In this document: in pieces, positions 1-9,776 of the stretch
Numbering within the stretch: position 1 is the first letter of the stretch
How the letters are laid out: each line of letters starts with the position of its first letter
IMG/VR virus record: IMGVR_UViG_3300005747_000012
Coordinates: 1-64,000 of that record
Length of the DNA stretch: 64,000 nt
Origin: a virus
Direction: 5' to 3' (one strand)
Notes under the pieces: generated by a model
What the model was told of the DNA's origin: nothing
The model's input: only the letters and a program-made list of their open reading frames with translations
Databases searched by the model: none
Made by a program: the position numbers and the translations under genes

Positions 1-22
1 TTTAATTCTTTATCGTATTTAT

Positions 23-235
23 TCATTTTTGTATTCCTCTTTCATCCAAAGCCGATTTCACAAATAGGTCAATCTTTTTAAGGCCATCTAATCCTCTTGT
101 TTTCATCAATAATTGTGGTGATATACCTCCAAAATTATAATTGGGACATCGAAACCACAACTTAGTTTTATCATGCTCATTAAAAAAAGTAAAGACTTTT
201 TTGTAAACTTTTTTTAATTCATAAAACTCCTTCAT
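23..235 (-). CDS. Stand-alone antitoxin Xre/MbcA/ParS C-terminal (DUF2384-like) domain protein
   Basis: 70 aa; KTKLWFRCPNYNFGGISPQLLM...G matches the W-x3-PN-x2-(L/F)GG-x2-P-x2-LL pattern of this family. Confidence 0.6.
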   Translation of the reverse strand: MKEFYELKKVYKKVFTFFNEHDKTKLWFRCPNYNFGGISPQLLMKTRGLDGLKKIDLFVKSALDERGIQK

Positions 236-247
236 ACTATCACTTCC

Positions 248-472
248 TTAATTTATGCAAATTGCATTTGGTTTTCGGTTTTCAAGCTCGGAAGTAAATT
301 CCCTATCCTGATAATATCCTACTATTGGAGTAAAATATACAGGCTGATATTCGTTTCCCTCATCATCTTTAGAATAGACTACTTCAAAATCATTACCTTC
401 TTTAATCAGCTCATTAAGCCCGTCTATAACTTCATTCATTTTTTCAATATATTCTGATAATTTCATTTCCAC
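248..472 (-). CDS. Hypothetical phage protein
   Basis: 74 aa ORF with AAGGAG RBS; SKDDEGNEY resembles a common small phage protein motif. Confidence 0.6.
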   Translation of the reverse strand: MEMKLSEYIEKMNEVIDGLNELIKEGNDFEVVYSKDDEGNEYQPVYFTPIVGYYQDREFTSELENRKPNAICIN

Positions 473-515
473 ATCTCCTTAAAAATGCCCCTCCATTCAG
501 AGGGGCGATCTCCTT

Positions 516-1490
516 TTATGACACCAACTTAGTGATAATCCCCAATGCTCTTTGATTGAGATTAGCCCCATCACCAAACCATAGTTTATCTAGCCTAGAA
601 TCCTCATCGTTTCCACGTTCATACTGTAGGTATTCATTTACGGCATTGTAAGCTGCCCAAGCGGTTCCTTTAATAGAAGCCATGTCGTTTCCTCGTCCTT
701 TTTCAAAAAGAGGAATAATGTTTTCTAGGATACGTTGAGCTGGTTTCAATCCAAGTTTTTCCATTTCCACATATTTCTCACCAACAAACACAAGTTTAAC
801 ATAACGATCAAGGTCAGCTTGGCTTACAGTCCTATTTGCTAGGAATTTGTATTGCTCGGCTGTTGCCTCAAATTGTGCGTTAGCAAGGTTCATAATTTCA
901 GCTACTTTATCAAGGTTTTCTTGAAGGTTTTTAGTATGCTTCAATCTGATTAGTTGAGAAGCGTCATTGTTAGTCGCCATACTAAGTGTATTTTGACATA
1001 CAACTCTAATTGGAGTAAATCCAGCTCTCACAGAAACAAGCCCATCATGACCATTAGAAAGTAGGATATATTTTTCTACCGTGTCACCTTTAGCAATTTC
1101 AAGAGGGTCTTTGTTAATTTTGGCTAGTACCCAAATTCTCTTACCTTCTCTAAGTGAACCTGCTGTTTCAAACATTGCCTCACCCGATTCAATGAATGGG
1201 TCAAAAAATTTGAAAGCTTCTTTATTTTGAAGCGGTTGATATTTTTGGGAAACTACCCCAAGAATAGCTTCGGTGTCATCTCTGACAACAGCATTACTAG
1301 GTGCCTGAATACCGTTTTCAAGAAATAGCGGTCGTGTACTTACGTTCCAATCCAATCCGGCGGCGACAATAGCATCTTCAGTAGTTAGAGCTTCGTTAGG
1401 TTCAATAAAACGCCCGAGATTGTGCCAAGGTGCTTTTCCACGGTAAAACATTTGAGCTTCACCATTAATTAATTCTAATCCGTGTGCCAT
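516..1490 (-). CDS. DUF932/DUF945 (TIGR03299-type) phage/plasmid protein
   Basis: PWHNLG, AGLDWNV, YQPLQN, ETAGSLREGKRIW, LSNGHDG, TPIRVVCQNTL and GTAWAAYNAV motifs. Confidence 0.9.
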   Translation of the reverse strand: MAHGLELINGEAQMFYRGKAPWHNLGRFIEPNEALTTEDAIVAAGLDWNVSTRPLFLENGIQAPSNAVVRDDTEAILGVVSQKYQPLQNKEAFKFFDPFIESGEAMFETAGSLREGKRIWVLAKINKDPLEIAKGDTVEKYILLSNGHDGLVSVRAGFTPIRVVCQNTLSMATNNDASQLIRLKHTKNLQENLDKVAEIMNLANAQFEATAEQYKFLANRTVSQADLDRYVKLVFVGEKYVEMEKLGLKPAQRILENIIPLFEKGRGNDMASIKGTAWAAYNAVNEYLQYERGNDEDSRLDKLWFGDGANLNQRALGIITKLVS

Positions 1491-1673
1491 AAAGAAATCC
1501 TTTTTTGTTTTAGGCTTTATTGCCTTTTGTTGTATTTATATTACTAAAATCTAATTAAGATGTCAACATATTTTTTAAAAAAATAATTAAAAAAATGTCA
1601 ATCCCCAAACCTATTGAAATTGCTAGGGGTGGATTGGACTTACCCCAATTTGTCATCATTAACAATGTTGCCA

Positions 1674-2084
1674 TTATGCTACCTCACTAATCACTTTGTA
1701 AACCGGATTAACCGCAAACATAGTAGGAATGCGCTTAACCACACCATCTTTCTCAATCGCTACGGTTCTCATTAGTACCATTTCAGCACCTTTAAGCGGT
1801 CTAAAACTATCTACTGTGACAAAAGAATCATATTTTTTAGGGTTATATGTTACTTGTACCATATTAGCAGTGTCAACGTCAGAAAAAACTCCTAGTTCGC
1901 CCTTAACTCCAGCGTGTACGTTCTTAACACCTTCTATCAACACTCGCTGTCTGCCAGCCTCAGACACCTTAAAAACTGCATTTTTAACTATTACCATTTC
2001 TCTGTGGTCTCCGGCAACTAGACCTGTCTTAACATCTTTAACTGAAAATACATTTTTGTGTAAGTTAAAGTAAATAAATTTCAT
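1674..2084 (-). CDS. Conserved phage protein of unknown function
   Basis: YFNLHK..FSV, VSEAGRQRVL..KNVHA.V.G and VTYNP motifs recognisable from a widespread phage family. Confidence 0.7.
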   Translation of the reverse strand: MKFIYFNLHKNVFSVKDVKTGLVAGDHREMVIVKNAVFKVSEAGRQRVLIEGVKNVHAGVKGELGVFSDVDTANMVQVTYNPKKYDSFVTVDSFRPLKGAEMVLMRTVAIEKDGVVKRIPTMFAVNPVYKVISEVA

Positions 2085-2533
2085 AATTCAATCCTCGTAA
2101 TATTAAATTGATGTTGAGTTTTTTCACCTTTTTCTATGGGGTTTGAAAACCTTCTTTTAACATAATTTACACTGCAATTTAATTTTTCAGCTAATTCTTC
2201 AAAATTATAAGCTTTTTCAATAATTTTTCCATTCAAATCTTTAGCAAAATATTTAAATCTAATAAAACCGTCAATGCAATAGTTTTCAATATTTAAAAAA
2301 TTATTTTCACCAAAATCATGCGTAGATTCATAAATTAAATTCCAATCCACATCATAAAATTTTAAATTTCTTACAAATAAGCTTGCATTAAACATATTTT
2401 TACGCTCTACAATATCACCTATTTCCACATACTTGCCACAAGACCTACCTAAAGTAGTTTGAGGAAATATTTTGTTAAATGAATCAATGGTTCCATCACT
2501 ATTATCAAATTCATTTATTTTTTGTCCAAACAT
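2081..2533 (-). CDS. Hypothetical protein with possible C-terminal NUMOD1-like HTH
   Basis: DLNGKIIEKAYNFEELAEKLNCSVNYV; ATGA overlap with the downstream gene. Confidence 0.5.
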   Translation of the reverse strand: MFGQKINEFDNSDGTIDSFNKIFPQTTLGRSCGKYVEIGDIVERKNMFNASLFVRNLKFYDVDWNLIYESTHDFGENNFLNIENYCIDGFIRFKYFAKDLNGKIIEKAYNFEELAEKLNCSVNYVKRRFSNPIEKGEKTQHQFNITRIEL

Positions 2534-2563
2534 ATTGCCATCCTTTATTTCAGTGTTATTTTA

Positions 2564-2884
2564 TTATTTATTTTTTTTATTGTCAAGTATTTTTTTGTGA
2601 TAAAACTCATCCATTTCTTTATAAACTTTTTCTAAATCCACATTTTTAGAAACTAACAAATCTGTTGTTTTAAAATTTTCTTTATTTTCTAAATATTTCC
2701 TACATCTTTCACTAATTTTTGCTATATCAATATTGGTTGTCATAGCTACATCAGCCGGAATTTGACTTCCATATTCAGCTTGCATTTTTTCTATTTCATC
2801 AAGGTGATGATGAATAAGATAGATGTCTTCTGGCTCTAATACTAATTTATTTAAAATTTTATTTAGTTGTTCATCACTTAACAT
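2564..2884 (-). CDS. Hypothetical protein
   Basis: 106 aa ORF with GAGGA RBS, co-directional with its neighbours. Confidence 0.6.
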   Translation of the reverse strand: MLSDEQLNKILNKLVLEPEDIYLIHHHLDEIEKMQAEYGSQIPADVAMTTNIDIAKISERCRKYLENKENFKTTDLLVSKNVDLEKVYKEMDEFYHKKILDNKKNK

Positions 2885-3329
2885 TTTAAATCCTCGTAGT
2901 TATAATTATTAAAACTATTAATAAAATAATATTTTTGAGCATTGGTGACATTTTTAATCCTCCTTCATAAGCGTGGAATTTTCTTTAGATATTTCACCAA
3001 AATAAACTCTTGCTTCAATTAAAGCGGTTCTCATGTCAAAATTTTTCATCAAATGTTTCAGAATCTTTTCGGTATGCTCTAGTCTGTTTTCTAACTCTTG
3101 TTTTGTCATCAAATCCTCCTACACCAAAAACATTGGGTTTGTGTCGTTTTTATTTTCCAATTCTAAAACTCATTTTTTCGCCTCCTAAAGCGTTTTCCTG
3201 TTAGTTGTTCATATTCTTGTTTAAGTAATTTAATATCAGCAGGGTTTCCACATATAATCCTACGCAATTCTTTTTCTTCTTCCTCATAGCTTTTACACCA
3301 TGAGATAAATTGTGGTTTATAATCCTCTT

Positions 3330-3599
3330 TCATTCTTCTACCTCTTCAATCCCCGTAATAGATACATAATTATGGTCATATTCAGGGTCAAATCCATATT
3401 CAGCAATCATTGGAATATCAAAAACTTTTAATCCAAAGCTTTCTATTTCAAACAATACATCACTTCTTTGTTCGTGGTCAATATCATTGTCCACATCCAA
3501 TTCTAAATCATCAATTACTTGTTTGTCAAGCACTTTTGTAAAATGGCATTTATAATTTGCCCCATCACGATAAAATAAATTTACTTTAACTTTTTTCAT
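3330..3599 (-). CDS. Hypothetical acidic protein
   Basis: Start moved to the ATG at 3599 (GAGGT RBS); YRDGANYK motif. Confidence 0.6.
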   Translation of the reverse strand: MKKVKVNLFYRDGANYKCHFTKVLDKQVIDDLELDVDNDIDHEQRSDVLFEIESFGLKVFDIPMIAEYGFDPEYDHNYVSITGIEEVEE

Positions 3600-3871
3600 A
3601 ACACCTCTAGTCTGTTCCATCCTAATTTCATATCTGCATGGAAACGATAGGTTTCCACATCACCATTTTTTTCTATCCATCTATCAATGCCACGTTTAGC
3701 ATTTTCAATAGTTTCACAGTAAAATTCCACATCGGGCGCATAGACAATAAATTCTGGTTCATTATCCACACCTAAAAGGTCTTGATATTCACCTTCCCCA
3801 TACTTCCAAGGATTGCGGTCAATATAAATCCCCTTATATTCTACCACGCTTCGCCCCTTGTGTCTACCCAT
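3596..3871 (-). CDS. Hypothetical protein
   Basis: ORF overlapping both neighbours in an operon; true start may be a GTG near 3844. Confidence 0.55.
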   Translation of the reverse strand: MGRHKGRSVVEYKGIYIDRNPWKYGEGEYQDLLGVDNEPEFIVYAPDVEFYCETIENAKRGIDRWIEKNGDVETYRFHADMKLGWNRLEVL

Positions 3872-4350
3872 ATTTTTGCTTGAAGTTGATGTGCTAACAC
3901 ACCGATTTTTTGTGCCATTTCTTTAATTTTTTGAGCAACTTCTCGGTAGCGTTTTGGTGTTAGACTACCCTCAATTTTTGCCCATCGAATCATCCAAAGG
4001 TCAATGGTAACTTCTTCACTTGTATGCGGTCTATAAATATTATCGAAGAAAGCTTTAGTTTTTAAACTGCTATCTTTCTTTGCGCCAAGAATTGTCTTGA
4101 CTTCTTTTACAGTAATATTATCATTTGCATTTAATATTGCCAAAGCTTTTTTCTTTTGACTGTCAAAAGTTGTTACCTTACAATTTCCTTTGTGTTTTAG
4201 GAATTTCTCTAAACTAATACAATTCATTCTAACTGTATTGTTTGGGGATAATGCCGACATAATACCAGCTACCTTTATAAGAGGCACATTGTAAACCTCT
4301 GATAATGTTTTGCAATAATCGTGAATGTCAAAATACCAATTGTGTGCCAT
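3841..4350 (-). CDS. Conserved phage protein, probably HhH-GPD/DNA glycosylase-like fold
   Basis: WY, AGIMSALSP, KTKAFFDNI, VTIDLWM and LQAKIW motifs; AGGAGG RBS. Confidence 0.6.
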   Translation of the reverse strand: MAHNWYFDIHDYCKTLSEVYNVPLIKVAGIMSALSPNNTVRMNCISLEKFLKHKGNCKVTTFDSQKKKALAILNANDNITVKEVKTILGAKKDSSLKTKAFFDNIYRPHTSEEVTIDLWMIRWAKIEGSLTPKRYREVAQKIKEMAQKIGVLAHQLQAKIWVDTRGEAW

Positions 4351-4545
4351 GTCTGCACCTCCTTTCTAAAGTCATATTAATTGATCTTAGCTAAAAAGTC
4401 AACATCAAAAACAAACTAAAAAAATATTTTTTTAATTAAAATAATTGTTGACAGGGTAGGTAGGGTGTAGTAATATTTCATTGAGCATAACTAACAAAGG
4501 AAAAATTATGCTAACAATATTACATATTTCACAGGAGGTAAATTA

Positions 4546-4755
4546 ATGACTAGGAATGAATTGGAAAATGAAGTAGTAGAACAGTGCAACAGTATTATTA
4601 ATGAAATTGAATGTCGTGATGGACAACCGTTTGATGGCGAGCTATTTGATGCGTTATGTTATCTTGACAGTGTAAAAGATGCTCTTGAAATGTTAAATAA
4701 TGATGATTATGAGGATTACACAAAGATTTTTAAAAACGAGAATGAATATGAATAA
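4546..4755 (+). CDS. Hypothetical acidic protein
   Basis: AGGAGG RBS; downstream of TTGACA-N17-TAATAT at about 4448. Confidence 0.65.
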   Translation: MTRNELENEVVEQCNSIINEIECRDGQPFDGELFDALCYLDSVKDALEMLNNDDYEDYTKIFKNENEYE

Positions 4756-4930
4756 TTTAAAAACTATTGATTTTGGTGACGGTAATGACGGTACTACAGG
4801 ACTTGAAAACATATCAATAAAACCTGTTGTCAATGGCTATGTCGTGACCTATTCAAGCGATGAAGGTGACGAGGAATTTGTTTATACAAATAAAAAAGAA
4901 ATGATGCTTGACATTAGTAAAAGCTTGTAG
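4748..4930 (+). CDS. Hypothetical protein
   Basis: Overlaps the stop of the previous gene; start reassigned to the ATG at 4748. Confidence 0.55.
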   Translation: MNNLKTIDFGDGNDGTTGLENISIKPVVNGYVVTYSSDEGDEEFVYTNKKEMMLDISKSL

Positions 4931-4953
4931 TAATGTGTTTTTAGGAGGTATTT

Positions 4954-5391
4954 ATGATATTTGAATTATTTTTTGGCGGTATAACACATCATTATATTGC
5001 ATCACAATTAAATTATTGTAATGTCATAAACAAATCAGTAGGCACAATAAAACATGGCTATGGTGCAATATTGATAGGAAACGAAAAAAATAGAGGTGGT
5101 ATAATTGTTGGAAAAGACTCAGCTTGCGGTAATATTTACGGTGGTTTAGGTTCATTTTCTTCTTTTAAAAAAAATTTAAACTTGATAGTGGGCGCATATA
5201 ATGTCAATAGAAAAGAGTTTTATGACAGAAAAATTACACCGTTTTCAGTTTTTGGGGTTACACCAATAGTAGGGTTAAATTATAAATTACCATTGTATAA
5301 AAAAACATACAAAAAGAGAAATTTAAAAATATCATTTGACACCATAGTATCTTTAGGTATAATAACCCATGGGCTATCAGTCACTTTTTAA
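4954..5391 (+). CDS. Hypothetical beta-rich protein, possibly outer-membrane beta-barrel-like
   Basis: AGGAGG RBS; Gly/aromatic beta-strand pattern and C-terminal GLSVTF. Confidence 0.5.
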   Translation: MIFELFFGGITHHYIASQLNYCNVINKSVGTIKHGYGAILIGNEKNRGGIIVGKDSACGNIYGGLGSFSSFKKNLNLIVGAYNVNRKEFYDRKITPFSVFGVTPIVGLNYKLPLYKKTYKKRNLKISFDTIVSLGIITHGLSVTF

Positions 5392-5401
5392 AAGGGAAAA
5401 A

Positions 5402-5794
5402 ATGGGCAGAAATAGGTTTGACATAAGTAAAGAAGAATTAAATAAAAAATTAAATAAAAATAATTTTAACAAAACTAGAACGGCAAAAGATGTTGGCTGT
5501 AGTTTAACCACCTTAAAATCATTGTTAAAACACCATGATATTATTTTTATTGGTAAATCGGGAAATCCTGATATAAAATCAACTATATATTTTAATGAAA
5601 AAAAAATAAAAGAAATGTTTCAAAATGGTGAGAAAATTAAAAATATTGCAAAACATTTTGGGTGTAAAGAATATTTAGTTAGAAAAAGGTTAATTAAAGA
5701 ATTTGGAAGAAAAAAATATGGTTTTTTGAAAAACATTTATAAATGGCACAAAAAAAACAAAAAAAAATTGCCATTTGAATATAAAATAATATAG
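5402..5794 (+). CDS. Tandem helix-turn-helix DNA-binding protein with Fis/NtrC-type first HTH
   Basis: LNKNNFNKTRTAKDVGCSLTTLKSLLKHHDI resembles HTH_8; second HTH IKNIAKHFGCKEYLVRKRL. Confidence 0.65.
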   Translation: MGRNRFDISKEELNKKLNKNNFNKTRTAKDVGCSLTTLKSLLKHHDIIFIGKSGNPDIKSTIYFNEKKIKEMFQNGEKIKNIAKHFGCKEYLVRKRLIKEFGRKKYGFLKNIYKWHKKNKKKLPFEYKII

Positions 5795-6013
5795 GTGAAA
5801 CATGGAAAAAATTAAAAACAAAGAAGAATTTAAAGAAAAAGTTGAAATATACAATATTTTAATTAAAATAGAACGTGCTATCGAAAATAAAGATGATTTA
5901 AGTCTTTCAGTGCTTTTAACTATATTAAAAAATAAAAATATTGAAATAATTCAAGAAAATAATTGACATAACATACTATTTGGTTTAATATGTTTTTAAC
6001 TTAGGAGGTTATC

Positions 6014-6205
6014 ATGTTAAAAATGATAAAAGTATTTATAACTAGTGGCGACATTAAATTGCTAGAAGAAACATTAAATTTATTACTTGATTACGAGGTA
6101 GAACAATTTGACGATGACGCTAGGAATACGGTCATAAGCTTGTCACGACTTATTAATGATTTTAAAGAAGAAATAAAACAAAACACAATAACATTTGACA
6201 GATAG
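6014..6205 (+). CDS. Hypothetical protein
   Basis: Own TTGACA..TAATAT promoter and AGGAGG RBS. Confidence 0.6.
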   Translation: MLKMIKVFITSGDIKLLEETLNLLLDYEVEQFDDDARNTVISLSRLINDFKEEIKQNTITFDR

Positions 6206-6252
6206 TTAAGCTTATGTTAACATGGTTTCAGAGATAACGCATGGAGGTAACG

Positions 6253-6831
6253 ATGCAAAAAATTAGTAAAAAAACACTGGAATTAGTATTAAAAAGTTTT
6301 GAGGCGGTTTCTAAGGATGAAGTAAGGACTAACCTTAACGCAGTAAGATTAGGTAGTGATGATAATGGTTTAATTGTCGAGTCATGTGACGGACATATAT
6401 TATCACGACATTTTGTTGACGAACCAGAATTGACCATTGACGAGGATATTTTGATTCATAGAGATTCTAAGCCTAAATTAAAAAGCTTTATGACTACTAA
6501 CAAACATGACCATTCATTTTTGATTGATACCAATGTAGAGGAAAATAGGAATTTGAGAATATTTACATCTGATAATAGAGATGGAGTAATTTTGTCGGTA
6601 GTTTTTAGAGAATATGCCAAAACTGACTCTATTATTCCAAAAGTCAATCACGATGATTATTTAGAGATTAATTTTAACCCTGACTTATTAGCAAAATTAT
6701 ATAAAAGCCTCAATGGGGAAAAAAGAAACCCTAAAGTAAAATTATTGGTTAAAAAAGACAGTCCAATGTCTCCAATAGTTGTAGAAAGCGGTCGGGATAA
6801 TATTGGTTTACTAATGCCATTAAAAGTTTAA
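6253..6831 (+). CDS. DNA polymerase III beta-clamp-like protein (two domains only)
   Basis: AVSKDEVRTNLNAV, ESCDGHIL, INFNPDLL and C-terminal LLMPLKV parallel DnaN domains 2-3 (AAS.DETR..L.GV, ATDGHRL, IGFN..YL, LIMP.R); GGAGG RBS. Confidence 0.75.
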   Translation: MQKISKKTLELVLKSFEAVSKDEVRTNLNAVRLGSDDNGLIVESCDGHILSRHFVDEPELTIDEDILIHRDSKPKLKSFMTTNKHDHSFLIDTNVEENRNLRIFTSDNRDGVILSVVFREYAKTDSIIPKVNHDDYLEINFNPDLLAKLYKSLNGEKRNPKVKLLVKKDSPMSPIVVESGRDNIGLLMPLKV

Positions 6832-6884
6832 AAAAGCGTTGACAGGTTGTGCTTAGTGTAGTAATATTCTTGTAGGAGGTAGCG

Positions 6885-7076
6885 ATGAACTACATAAAAC
6901 GATTAGAACATGAATTGCAGGAAGCACAGCTTGACAAGCAAAAAGCCGATGAGATTGTAAATGAACTTTTTAAATATCTCAATAGCTCCAAATTTCAATG
7001 CGGTGACGAATTAGACAATTATGTCAATATTAAAGATATAATGACATATCTTGACAGAATTAGGAGTGTACTATGA
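6885..7076 (+). CDS. Hypothetical protein
   Basis: TTGACA-N17-TAATAT promoter and AGGAGG RBS. Confidence 0.65.
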   Translation: MNYIKRLEHELQEAQLDKQKADEIVNELFKYLNSSKFQCGDELDNYVNIKDIMTYLDRIRSVL

Positions 7077-7375
7077 ATATTGACCCGTTTACATTAATCC
7101 AAAAAGGTGACATTGTTCAACTAAACGACATGGGTTTAAGTTATTTTGAACCAGAACGATATGCAAATGTTGACCTTGAAGTTATTAATACTCGAATTGA
7201 CCACTATGAAAAAGGAGAGTGTACTAAAGATAATGATGGCATTGAAAGACCAAATTGCACTTGTTATAGGTTTTTTGACCTACGACAAATTGGCACCGAT
7301 ATTGTTCTTAAAGATGCTATGTTTAATGAGTTAACTTTAAAAGAAATTAAAAAAAGCGTTGACAGTGACAGGTAA
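7073..7375 (+). CDS. Hypothetical protein
   Basis: ATGA overlap with the previous gene. Confidence 0.6.
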   Translation: MNIDPFTLIQKGDIVQLNDMGLSYFEPERYANVDLEVINTRIDHYEKGECTKDNDGIERPNCTCYRFFDLRQIGTDIVLKDAMFNELTLKEIKKSVDSDR

Positions 7376-7509
7376 TTGTAGTAATATAATTATAGAAACA
7401 AAGCACAAAGGTAACGATGGATGCTAACGAAATGGTTGTAAATATAATATTAACTATTCTTTGCCTAACGGCTTTTGGATTATTGTGGGCTTTTTGGAGT
7501 GACATATGA

Positions 7510-7581
7510 AATCCACATACCTAACACGAAATTCACATACATATAATAGAAATCCATATAGGGGGGCTAGAAATCCACATA
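7510..7581. repeat. Four phased AATCCACATA-like direct repeats
   Basis: Copies start at 7510, 7530, 7551 and 7572 (20-21 bp period). Confidence 0.75.
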
Positions 7582-8550
7582 CACCTATCCTCATAGACGC
7601 TTTTAACGCTCCTATAACGGTAGGCATTGAATATCACCCAGAATGGAATGAAATACAAGAGAAGGCAAATATGCAAGTCTCAGCGTGTATAAATGAGGTA
7701 ATCTTTAACATAAGACAGGATGATAATGTACCTGTGGAATAAGGCAAATAACTTTTGCCAATCCACACACCTGCTAAGTCATTAAAAATGTGTGTCAAAA
7801 AGGTATAACCTACCGAAATCACATATGTCATAACAATTAACAAAGGATATTGTGTTCTAGTATTGCCGTAAAATTGTGTCAAAATCTCGTTTTTTGACCC
7901 ACGCACACCACGACACCGACTCAAGACAGAGCCTCCCAACCACGGTTCTAAATTTTTTTTATCTGACGAACCCTGCCGACATTATAATATCACACACTTA
8001 TCGACACACCCCTGCAAAAGCCGTGCCAGAACAGCCCTGCCGAAAATGGCATCGGAATTGTATATGCAAAGACCGTGCCAAAACACTTGGCATGAATCTT
8101 GCATAAAAATGTAAGTTATTGATTTTGCGTAAAAATATATAACCTCCTGTTTTTATTGATGCGCCCAGAATCTTTGGCACTTTCTAATAGTTACCATGAT
8201 TTTAAATTTCAGTCAAGCCATTTTTTTCATATGCAAAAGTCGTGCCAAAAAATAGTTGTTGACAAAATTATTTTTTATCTATATACTTCCGAAAATAAAT
8301 TATTTTTTTTGTTGACAATGTTGGTTTTGTCATGTATACTTCGCCCGTGCGCCCATGCAAGAAGTGTGCCAAAAATCGGCCATTTTTTTTTGCCTCAACT
8401 TACAGTATACAGAAAGAAAGTGCTCCCGTCAACCCCTTTTTTTAATTAAAAATAAAATTAATTCTTTAAAATTTTTATTGAATTAATAGTTGACACAACT
8501 TCCCACTTGCGTTAATATGTAGATGGGACTAAAAAACAGGAGGATAACCC

Positions 8551-8961
8551 ATGAATATTTCACAACAAGTAGTAATTTTGAGTGCTGAAAATACTAAACT
8601 CACACCGGAACAAAACTGTCAGCGCACAAAAATTTTAAAGCATTGTCTGGAGGATTGTAACCTGCTTTTCGGAGAATCTTTAGGGATGTATAAGGGAGAA
8701 CCCGAAACATCATTTGTAGTCATTATCAATAATTCTCATGACTTGCAAGCACTGAAGGACTTTGCTTTTAAAAATTTTAATCAGGAATCAATTCTGTACC
8801 AAGATGCTAATCAGGAAGCACATCTTATTTTTAACAATGGTGCAGAGGAACGACTCGGACGACTAGAAGAAGTAACCGAAGAAGAAGCTCGTAAACAAGA
8901 TGCGTTTACATTGTTTAGTGGGCGTTATTACGTTACAAAACAAAGGCAACTAGGACATTAA
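8551..8961 (+). CDS. S-adenosylmethionine lyase (T3 SAMase-like), anti-restriction protein
   Basis: ILSAEN..L..EQN..R, G.YKGEPETSF, FNQESILY, ERLG.LEEV and DAFT..GRYYV follow the T3 gp0.3 SAMase motif order; first gene of the early module. Confidence 0.8.
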   Translation: MNISQQVVILSAENTKLTPEQNCQRTKILKHCLEDCNLLFGESLGMYKGEPETSFVVIINNSHDLQALKDFAFKNFNQESILYQDANQEAHLIFNNGAEERLGRLEEVTEEEARKQDAFTLFSGRYYVTKQRQLGH

Positions 8962-9015
8962 TGCAAGATTCATGCCAAGTTTTCTCATTTCCTTGGCTTG
9001 AATTATTCCTCCATG

Positions 9016-9043
9016 AAAGCAGGGTGAAAACCCTGCTTTTTTT
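9016..9043 (+). terminator. Rho-independent terminator
   Basis: AAAGCAGGGT-GAAA-ACCCTGCTTT followed by a T-run. Confidence 0.85.
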
Positions 9044-9224
9044 ATATTATAGTATACACGACAAAAATAAACTAGTCAAGGGGTTGACAAGAAAGTTTTT
9101 ATCATGTATACTTCTCCAAAAACTGGCACGATTCTTGCAAGAAAAAAAGTGCGAAATAATCAAAATAGTGCTTGTAATTGCAAGCACATTGCTTTACAAT
9201 GAATACACTAGCAAGGAGGAAACA

Positions 9225-9776
9225 ATGCTAATACAAGAAATTAAATTAAACAACGGTGAAAAACTAGAAATTTACCACGACGAAGGTTGTTTTGACCCTA
9301 GAAAGGAATTTGATAATGTGACTGAAATGATTTTCTTTCACAATAGAATGAACGTGGGCGACAACCATGACATTGACCCTGACAATTATTCTAGCTTTGC
9401 AGGCATGATGAATGAAAATGTAAAAGACGGTGACTTGGCAATGCCAGTATTCTGTTACTCTAAACGATGTTTTGAGTTGTCTTTAACTCCTTTTTCATGC
9501 CCGTGGGATAGTGGGACTCTTGGCTTTATTGTAGTCAGGAAAGCTACGATTGACTATGAATTCGATGGAGATAGAGAAAAAGCATTGAGAAATCTAAAGG
9601 CAGAGCTAAACACTTACAACGACTATCTAAACGGACGCACTTATGGCGGCATTATGTACGATGCTGAAGGACATGAGATTGACGCTTGTTGGGGCTTCTA
9701 TGGCAATGACTTTGAAGAGAATGGTATCTATGACAATTTTGGTATAAACAAAAATAATATAGTGGAGGTAGCATGA
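9225..9776 (+). CDS. Conserved acidic phage protein (PWDSG motif)
   Basis: Start reassigned from 8961 to 9225 (AGGAGG RBS, own promoter); CPWDSG.LGFI, YNDYLNG.TYG and CWGFYG motifs. Confidence 0.75.
   Translation: MLIQEIKLNNGEKLEIYHDEGCFDPRKEFDNVTEMIFFHNRMNVGDNHDIDPDNYSSFAGMMNENVKDGDLAMPVFCYSKRCFELSLTPFSCPWDSGTLGFIVVRKATIDYEFDGDREKALRNLKAELNTYNDYLNGRTYGGIMYDAEGHEIDACWGFYGNDFEENGIYDNFGINKNNIVEVA

Noticed and set aside
7506-8449. ORFs 7506-7742, 7634-7939, 7876-8106, 7998-8180 and 8156-8449
   Set aside because: They run through repeats, promoters and sigma54 boxes and mostly lack an RBS; treated as non-coding, with 7506-7742 uncertain
8961-9224. N-terminal extensions of ORF 8961-9776 (and similarly of 10968-11201, 12651-13055 and 15088-15291)
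   Set aside because: The extensions overlap terminators or promoters; strong RBSs mark internal starts
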